A stretch of 47,804 nt of DNA, taken from Spirogloea muscicola (lineage: Eukaryota). The stretch spans positions 1,277,500-1,325,303 of the forward strand of contig WELB01000003.1 in assembly GCA_009602725.1 (NCBI GenBank), read 5' to 3'. Position 1 is the first letter of the stretch. Every line of letters starts with the position of its first letter. A program made the position numbers and the translations under genes. Below are positions 39,721 through 47,804 of this stretch, in pieces. The notes under the pieces are model-generated. The model was not told where the DNA came from. It saw only the letters and a list, made by a program, of their open reading frames with translations, and searched no databases.

Positions 39721-40180
39721 GCCAAGGGCTGTGAAAAGAAGAAAGTGCTCGTGTGTGAAAACTGTGAAAAGCCAGACCTAAGAACATGAACAAGGTCATT
39801 GTGCGGAAGAGGGGGCTGTGAAAATGAAAGAGATACGCCGAACAAGAAGGGCAGGCGATTGCAGTGCAACTAGTATCTTGCTTTTTGCGCCATCGGGCCC
39901 CTTCAGACCTTGTGAGCCCTCTCACAGCCACCAGTAAAATGTTGGAAGCGGCTGTTTCTAGTGCAAGCGGGAAGCGAATTTGTGAGACCTTCGGGTCCCC
40001 CATCCGCCCGCCCCGGCCTGATCCGCAATTCTGCCCGCCAATCGCGTGCCGCCAGGTGCAGCCTGGGGCCCCCTTCTGTGCTGCCAAGTGTAGCCGCCCG
40101 GACGCCCACTTATCCCGACACCCCCCGGACTGCCAAAAACCTTCCACCTCTCCTCCTGCCGCCGCCGCCGACGCCCCGCC

Positions 40181-41826
40181 ATGGCCGCCGCCACCGCCGC
40201 CGCCGCCGTGGTCGCCCCCGCCGCCGCGCCCGCCGCCTCCTTCGACGGCCTCCGCCGCAGCAGGTCGTCAATCTCTTTCGCGTTTTTCAACGAGCCTGTC
40301 GGTGCCCGGTTTCGCTCACCGCAGCGCAAGCATTAGCCAGCGTGGAGCGCCGTGGAGGACTCGTCAGGGGCCTAGACTTGCCGACCGGACCACTGCTAGA
40401 GTCCACCTCCGCTACGAATAGCCCTGGAAGCCGGTCCTAAGTACCATAAGTCATTTAGCTGAAGCACACACATAAGCCAAGTAGCCATCTGCACCTTGTG
40501 ACATTGTAATGTCAGAGACACGAAGGTGATCAGCGACATCTATCTTGTGTCGAGGAAGTGGAAATTCCACGCCAAGTCAGCTGTAGCTCACAGAAGCCCT
40601 CACATTACTGGCTGTGCAGCGCTGTGGCGGCCCCGCGCCTGGCTGCCAAGACTACTCGCTTCAGCACCTTGAAGGTGATAATAGCTCACTACTGACGTTA
40701 TGCGTGATGTTGCGATAGTAGAAATCTTCTATTAGCACTTGCTTGAGGTAGCACACGAATCAGAAGCTCCTGGATGAGGCCATCCAGCACGGTCTCTCAA
40801 TCAAGCAATGCTGTTGTGCAGGTCTCCTGCAGCGCTCAGGAGGAGCCAGCTTCCAGCAGGCGGGCCGTCCTCCTGACAGCGCTGGCCACCAGCGCCCTGC
40901 TTACCCGGGGCTCGCAGGCCAACGCGGCCTCTGGCCCGGGCACGCCTGGTGCCAAGCGCACTGCTGAGAAGGCCGATGATCTCAACAAGGCCGCCGATGA
41001 GCTCATCAACCAGGATTCTCCTCCCCGTTTCGGTGGGGCCAGGGAGAATGCCCCTGATGAGTCCTTCGGTTCTCTCACACAGAAGTAAGTGCTCTGTCTG
41101 GTTGGTGGCAAGTTGGCACCCCTTGAGCACTCTTCTTTCTTCCAACATCATGCATGGCTTGATCGCATTGATTGGCAATGTTGTTTTATGAGTTCCAATG
41201 CCAGCAGGACGGCGTTGGTAATGTGGCTACTTTGCAGCTTCCAATATGAGCTTTTTGAGGGCTGCAGCATTTTAGTTTATCACAAAGGTTTTCCAAGTAT
41301 GATATCCCTAGCTCAAGGCAATTGTTTGTGCTTGTTTATGTTGATCAGGGCTGGAAGCGGCCCAAAGGACGTCCAGAAGAAGATCGAGGGCTCCGGCTCT
41401 CTCTCAACTGCAGTAAGTTGGCAGATTGGTAGACCACGTGGGTTTGCTTGTCTTACATGGTCACCATCATGGAGTAGTGATCCTTGCGCCATGAAGACTG
41501 AGGTCCAGGCTTTCTGTAAGAATGGGATACTAAAGTGTACTTCATTGCTCAACCTTTTGAGCAGGGTGATATTGGCGGCGCCGCGAACATCACTGACATT
41601 GGCGAGAAGGCCCGGCAATTGTATGCCAATGCATCTGCAACCATGAAGGTAAGAAGTCTTCGCCAGGCACTCTCAAGATACCTAGATATATCTAGGTGAG
41701 TATGCATGGACAATGTGGACATGGACGTGTCAGCCAAAGCGTCTTCATCTCTTATGTCATGATTCTAAGCGTGTGTTACTTCCATGTTGTTTGCAGAGTG
41801 TGAAGGCCACCGTGAATGGCAAGTAA
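40181..41826 (+). CDS. Unrecognised 192-aa nuclear-encoded chloroplast protein with a bipartite, Tat-type lumen-targeting presequence; six exons
   Basis: Exons 40181-40263, 40620-40674, 40822-41084, 41349-41412, 41565-41648 and 41797-41826 join in phase (579 nt) with GT-AG junctions. Ala-rich transit peptide, then SSRRAVLLTALATSALL..QANA (twin Arg, hydrophobic core, AxA). Confidence 0.78.
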
Positions 41827-43127
41827 ATTGAGTTGTACTTAAGGGGGAGCAAAACAGTAACTCTTGCTACTGTGAGATAATCCTTTGGAATACCTCTGCA
41901 CATGCTATATGTGCAGCCTCAAGATGGCTGCAATCAGCCAGCTCTTGTACATCTGCGTGATTGCTTAATGTGAAACCTTTTTGCTTGATTGGCCAGCTGA
42001 TTCTCACGCAATGGTCATTAGCTGCTATGAAAAGATAGGCTCTACAGCATAAATTGTTCAGACTGTGCCCAGTTCAACAAAGAGGACATCATGAACATGC
42101 TGCACACTTTGTCCAGCGAAAGCAATGGCATCCTTAACTCACGAACTAGTGCTACACGGTCTGGAACGCTTTGCAGATAGGTTGGTAAATATATGAAACA
42201 CTAAGGGCAAGCTTAGGGCTATGCTAGTGGAGATGTGTAAGTAGTGTTCTTGACCTCACAAGCGTGCAGCACATATCTCATTTGTGGTTAGCAGATAATG
42301 TGGAAGATTGGCACAGAGGTGGATGGTACTGAGTTTTCTAAAGCAATGAGAGAGACCCAAGGCCGATGTCAATAAATTACGATACCTGAATGACAGTGGC
42401 CTGCAGGTCTTTGGCACATCCTTTTGCTAGGCTTTGCTACTATATGCCTGTGCACAGGCCTGTACACAGCTTCGCTTTGGTCCTAACCGTAGGTTCAGTG
42501 CTAATGGCTCTTTGGACTTGCCTGCATCTTGCTCTGCAGCTTCCTGCCGGTTTGTCACTGCTAACCTGCTTTCAGTCTCGCTGTATCTAGCAACTGTTCA
42601 CCGCACCACTCTTCTGCCGCCTCCTCAGGCCAGCCGCCCACACCCAATGCGCGCTTCTGTGCAGCTCGCAGCTTGCATGTTGGTGTAATGTGCTAAGTAG
42701 TTCAGGGGTCCAGGGCAGGACATGGTGTCGCAACCAATGCAACATTCCACGAACTCTTGAGTCTTTATTACTATCATCATTCATTGCATTTACCGCTACC
42801 CGCCGCTACCCGTACTAAGTACTAGTTAGCAGGGCCCTCGACTGTGCGTCACCCCTCGAGTACAAGGCTGCTGCCAGCGTCAGTCTTAGTCGTCAGCCAG
42901 GCTCGCGTCAGGCGTGGGTTTACGGAAGGGGTTTCCATAAACCCAAACCCACAACCCCGTCCGTCCCTCCCTACATCCTCATATATTTATATTATCCTCA
43001 GCGCTGGGGCCTCTCCTCTCTCCCCCTGGCCGGTAACACCACAGATGTGACCCCCTCGCCTCTCACCCCCACCCCTCCCTCATCCTCAGCCCCACACCCT
43101 CGCCGCCGCGAGCTCCGCGCCGACGCC

Positions 43128-44328
43128 ATGGCGGCGGCGGCGCCGGCGGCGGCGGCGGCGTGGACGGCGGGCGGCGGCGAGAGGAGTGTAGTCTCAAGGG
43201 TGGCTCCGAGGGTTTCATGGACCTCCTCGGAACATCCTCTCTCCCCAAAACACACATCAATGAGTTACCAGACCCCTTCCTTATTACGACAAGGGTCGTC
43301 CGAGAAACCTCCCTCCCCGCTTTTAGATCTATAACCTTACCAGCCCCTTCCCTCGGGCACCGAGGCCCCTCTGGANGCCGCCGCCGCCGCCGCCGCCGCC
43401 GCCGGGACGCCGCGAGCGAGCTTCTCAGACGAAGGCCCACAAGGGTCCGCCATTGAGCTCGAGCGCAGGCTCTCGTTAGCTAATCCTGACGTCGCCGCCG
43501 TCTCCGACGTCGTTTGCTGGTGTGGCCGCAGTCGTGGGCATCGTGAAGCTGGCGCTGGAGGCCGGCAAGGCGACGCCGGCGCCGCCAGTGGGGCCGGCGC
43601 TGGGCGCCAAGGGCGTCAACATCATGGGCTTCTGCAAGGAGTACAACGCCAAGACCGCCGACAAGGCCGGCTACGTCATCCCCGTCGAGATTACCGTCTT
43701 CGACGTGAGAGAGGCCGCCATGGCCGCCGCCCCTGCAGCTGCTGCTGCCTCTTGCGCTCTATGGCTGCGCTCACCCACTTGCTGTTAGCCCAAAAGCAAG
43801 AAAAGAGGACTGGCAGCTCTGGACTCGAGGAGGCCCGAATTGCATCTACAGTGCCACAAGTAATGCACACAACTTGGCGAGCCTCGTGCTCTGCAAGCGC
43901 ACACTGACATGGACTGCCGAGTCGCCTGCGGTGGGTGGGCGGCGCCCCTCCTCACCTGCCAGGACAAGAGCTTCACTTTCATCCTGAAAACCCCGCCGGC
44001 GTCCGTCCTCCTCAAGAAGGCTGCAGGTGCGATGCCGGTTACGCTACAGTGGCCTTGGCGTCAGCTTGGATGCCGTCGTTGCGCCCCGCCTGATGGCTGC
44101 GTGCACATGCTGCATGCAGGCATCGAGCGAGGGTCGACAAACCCGCAGACGGAGAAGGTGGGCAAGGTGACGGTGGACCAAGTACGCGCGATCGCGACCG
44201 AGAAGTTGCCCGACCTCAACTGCACGAGCATTGAGAGCGCGATGCGCATCGTCGCGGGCACCGCCGCCAACATGGGCATTGATGTCGACCCGCCGATTCT
44301 CGAGAAGAAGGCCAAGGTCGTGTACTGA
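43128..44328 (+). CDS. RPL11: Plastid 50S ribosomal protein L11; 5' transit-peptide exon uncertain because of the single-N gap at 43377
   Basis: [118 protein letters not shown]. Confidence 0.96.
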
Positions 44329-45021
44329 CCACCGCTGCCTCCACCGCTGCCGCCGCCACGAGGACCGGCGAGAGGCTGCGCCGCCAAGCCCCATCTTCCA
44401 TGTCTGCACTTTACCCATTATTTGTGGTAGCTTGTAGAGTTTGTCACTTAACCTATTGATGTGCTCTGGCAACTAGCAAGTCCAGGAATGTCATGGGGTT
44501 TGCCGCAAGCGCGCTGCGCTGAGCAACCCCCTGCATGGCACTCCGGTACGGTTGCCACTATCCAGGGGGATTCCTAGTGCACGGCACTCCTGGCCATGCA
44601 GAAGTTGCTGGCACGGGGTTTTCCAAGGAGAAGCATGATAGATTGAAGCATGCAGAAGCATTGAAGGCCTCCTTACAGAACTCCACAGATGAGCATTCAA
44701 GAAGCACGAGACCTAGGCTTTGGATTCTGGCAAGGCGTATATCGACAGTTGGGGTTCAGCAATCACCAGATTGAGGAGTTGTGCTCGAACAAGGTGTCAA
44801 GTCATCAAACAAGTCATGCTGATGCGTTGATGTTCTGTAGAGCTCACTTGGTGGAGTGAAGTGCTTGTCAGTGATTGACAGGCTTGAGACTTGCTTAGTA
44901 AGTGGCAGTTGAGCCTAGGGTCTGTGGTTCAGGGGCTAAGGCTCAGGGCTGGTGCCCCAACTTGGACTGGTGCTCGTACACACGAGCGTCCGCCTGGTGC
45001 GCAGCCGCCGAGCCGCAGGCG

Positions 45022-47611
45022 TCATGGCGTGGGGTTGGGGAAGCGAGCATGCACAGCATCAATCTCAGCGAGCGCGGCGGTTGGCACCGCAGTGCTGGCT
45101 GCTGATAGGGCCTCGGCGAGCTGCGTGGAGTTGGAGGCTCCAACGATGGCGCTGCCGACCAGCGGGTTTGCCAGCACGAAAGCGAGCGCCAGCTGCGCGG
45201 GCGTCAGGCCGTGGCGCTCCGCAATGCTGGCATAAGCCTGCACCATCAGCCGCCACACTTTCGGCAATGTCACATCTCGCCATGGCGGTTTAGGACTTGG
45301 GTTTAAGGTCTGGGATCAAGGGCCCAAGCAGGCCAAGCGGACGAGGCAGCCCTGAGGGCAGCCATGAGGGCGGCCCCGCATGCGGCTCACCAGCACAGCC
45401 TCGCGGACGTTGGGCTTGGCGAGGCCGTAGCGGCACTCCGCCTCGGCATACCGCCCGCGGTACTTGATCAGACGCGCCTCTGGCGGCGCAGCACCGCCAC
45501 GGAAGTACTTGCCGGTCAGCAGGCCCATTGCTAGCGGGCTGCACCAAGGGTCAGGAAGGAGGTGAGGAGAGGAGTGAGGAGGGCAGTACGAGCAGGGCAA
45601 TATGGGAGGGTCCAAATAAGGAGGGAGGGTGGGAGGGAGGGACGCCGCCGAGGGAGAGAGGGGGAGTTGGGAGGAGGGGGGTGAGAGGCCAGATTATGAG
45701 CAGCTAAGCTTTCAAGGTCTGGTGGTCTAGGATAATAATTTGTTCCTTTGTTGTTAAATGTCAAGCATCAGAGCAGTGCCCATGCGAAGTGCACCTGTAG
45801 GCGAGGAGGGAGACGCATTCGAGGTGGCAGACCTCCGCGAGGCCAGCGTCGAACGTGCGGCAGAGAAGGCTGTAGGCGTTCTGCACGGTCACGACGCGCG
45901 GGAAGCTGTGCGGTTGCGCCTGCGCGAGGTGCAGGCAGCTGAGCAGCCCGTATGGGGTCTCATTGCTGACGCCCACGTGCCGCACCTGCAGAGGAGGCCC
46001 GCCCGCACTAATCAGCCGGTATTGGAAGCAAATCAATATCTTTCTGTGAAAATCAACCAATAACTTGTCTTGAAGAATAAGCAAAGCCTGAAGCTTTTGT
46101 TCTACTTGTTGAGAGGGGCAGGGTCGGCGGTGCCGACTCTGGCAGCAGCCGCTCAACCAAGGGCGTGTAGCAGAGAGAAGGAGGATTCAAGACTCAGCAT
46201 CATTAGCTTCAGAAGTAACTTGATGTGGGTTGTGAGCTGATTGATATTTCATATGTCAGATTAAGTTGACTCCATGTCCTGCTTCGATCCAGGGCAAGAA
46301 GAGGGAGGGGGGGACCTTGCCTGCGGCAACGGCCTCCCCGAGCGCGCCGAGCTGCTCCTCAAGGCCAGCGGCCGCGGCGTAGCTCTGCTCTGGCCGGTAG
46401 TCGACCTCCCCAAACATGGGCACGTACCTGCAGCCCCACCTCGGCAGCTCTTGAGCCGCAGCAAGACAGTGCAGCGGCGGAAGCTACTGCAGCTTGCGAG
46501 ATGGCGAGCTTATGCTGCTGTGGCTTGCGCTAAGATTAGGCTGCGGCTGAGGCGGCGATTCAGAAGGGGCCGGAGAAAGGTGGGAGGGAGGTTGAGTTGG
46601 TTGATAAAGGATGGAGAAGCTGGAGGGAGGTAGAAGGCAGGACGAGGAGGTGGATGCGGAGGTAATGGGGATCTGAGGAGGGAGGTTGGGGTGAGACAGT
46701 GGGTTTAGCGTCACCTGTCAGGCCAATGCGTCTGATAGAGGTCGACGTAGTCGGTGCGCAGGCGCGCGAGGCTGCCGTCGAGCGCCGCCCGGATGCCGGC
46801 GCCGCTCAGCGCCGGCGGCCCGCCGCGGATCCAAGGCATCTGGCCCGATGGGCCCGTCACCTGGGCACAGCGCCAGTCCGCAAGCTTGAGATCAGAGCCA
46901 CTGCACTCATAAGAGAAAGACTTAATTAGTGGATCTTTCTTCATCTATACTAAATCCTTAAAAGTGTTCCAGTAGGCAAAGCTGACCCTCTTCCATTAGA
47001 GGGCGATGGCTGTGATTGGCCAGCCATAAAGCACCAATTGTAATGGGAGCTGCAGTTGTGGTCGCCCCAACGGCCATTTTACTGTAGAATGTGAGTAGCT
47101 CCCTCAGATTTCGAACCAGGTGTGCATTTCTCGTATCATTTTATTCATGTACCTGTGGCTCAGATGAGCTTACTCATTTCAATAATTTCTATAATAAGCA
47201 AGTGCTCCACTATCTTGCTAATTGAACACCCTAAATTCTTCTGGCGGCACCTTGGTAGCAATTATGATGCGGTCACGGCTGACACCGGCGGCGCGCATCC
47301 AGCGGCCGACGTACTCCTCGGAGCGGCCCTGCCAATGGCGCTCACACTCTCTGTCAGCAAATCCGGCAGAAAACACATTCAGGGCTTAGGGGTATGGTTT
47401 CAGGGTTTAGGGTTTCGGGTATAGGGTTGCAGAAAATTGTGAGATGCGTGGAAAGAAGACAGGTGCCTTCATGGGCGCACCTGAGTGCTGGCCCGCTGCG
47501 GCACGGGGTACATCTCGGCGGTGTCCACGAAGTTGACGCCGGCGTCGTGCGCGAGCGAGAGCTGCGCGGCTGCATCGGCGTAGCTGATGCCCTCCCCGAA
47601 CAGCATGGTGC
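45022..47611 (-). CDS. Aldo/keto reductase, Tas-like; 5' exon(s) lie beyond the visible part or window edge
   Basis: GTMLFGE..GVNFVDTAEMYPVP|GRSEEYVGRW..IIIATK|VTGPSGQMPWIRGG..DGSLARLRTDYVDLYQTHWPDR|..VRHVGVSNETPYG..VQNAYSLLCR..|SPLAMGLLTGKY..|AQLALAFV..SAIVGAS..FPNPTP*. Confidence 0.95.
47385..47428. repeat. Degenerate telomere-like (TTTAGGG)n tract in an AKR intron
   Basis: cttaggggtatggtttcagggtttagggtttcgggtatagggtt. Confidence 0.65.
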
Positions 47612-47702
47612 CTGGACATGTTTGGAGCTGCTCCTTGGCTCATGTATGTGTGCACGGGGTTGCTGGGAAGTGAGCAGGGCAGGAGAGAGCAGAGGCGTGA
47701 GG

Positions 47703-47706
<4 letters not shown>

Positions 47707-47795
<89 letters not shown>
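47707..47795. repeat. 89-nt poly(A) homopolymer
   Basis: Uninterrupted A run near the window end. Confidence 0.95.
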
Positions 47796-47797
<2 letters not shown>

Positions 47798-47804
47798 GTC
47801 GCCG

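Noticed and set aside
47707..47795. Poly(A) as the tail of a retroposed element
   Set aside because: No element body or TSD is visible, local CRE tails are TC/TTC rather than A, and it sits at the window edge where artefacts are plausible.

Overview
Eukaryotic, intron-rich genomic DNA with land-plant-like genes and TTTAGGG-like repeats. I infer a streptophyte green alga but cannot confirm the species. Ten spliced protein-coding genes can be reconstructed: NDL/NDRG-like, syntaxin-6/SYP61-like, GH47 alpha-1,2-mannosidase MNS1/2-like, a conserved GGCT-like protein, PLMT, a PIG3-type quinone oxidoreductase, PMP3/RCI2, an unrecognised Tat-type thylakoid-lumen protein, plastid RPL11, and a Tas-like aldo/keto reductase cut by the window edge. 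The dominant accessory signal is a multi-subfamily radiation of CRE-like non-LTR retrotransposons (reverse transcriptase plus restriction-like endonuclease, RLE). One near-intact copy spans 1-3150 with a single 1-nt frameshift. Many 5'-truncated relics are piled up in intergenic 'nests', mostly next to gene 5' ends. Their ORFs end in a shared SDLxxL(T/S)RGY motif. Most end in a ~45-60 nt structured 3' module (T-tract, GGGCTG-loop-CAGCCC stem, putative pseudoknot, TC/TTC tail) seen roughly 30 times, including stand-alone 45-62 bp insertions with target-site duplications inside other copies. Also present: a copia RT relic, three local tandem duplications, interstitial telomere-like repeats, two GC-AG introns, a 481-nt N gap, several single-N collapsed gaps and an 89-nt poly(A).
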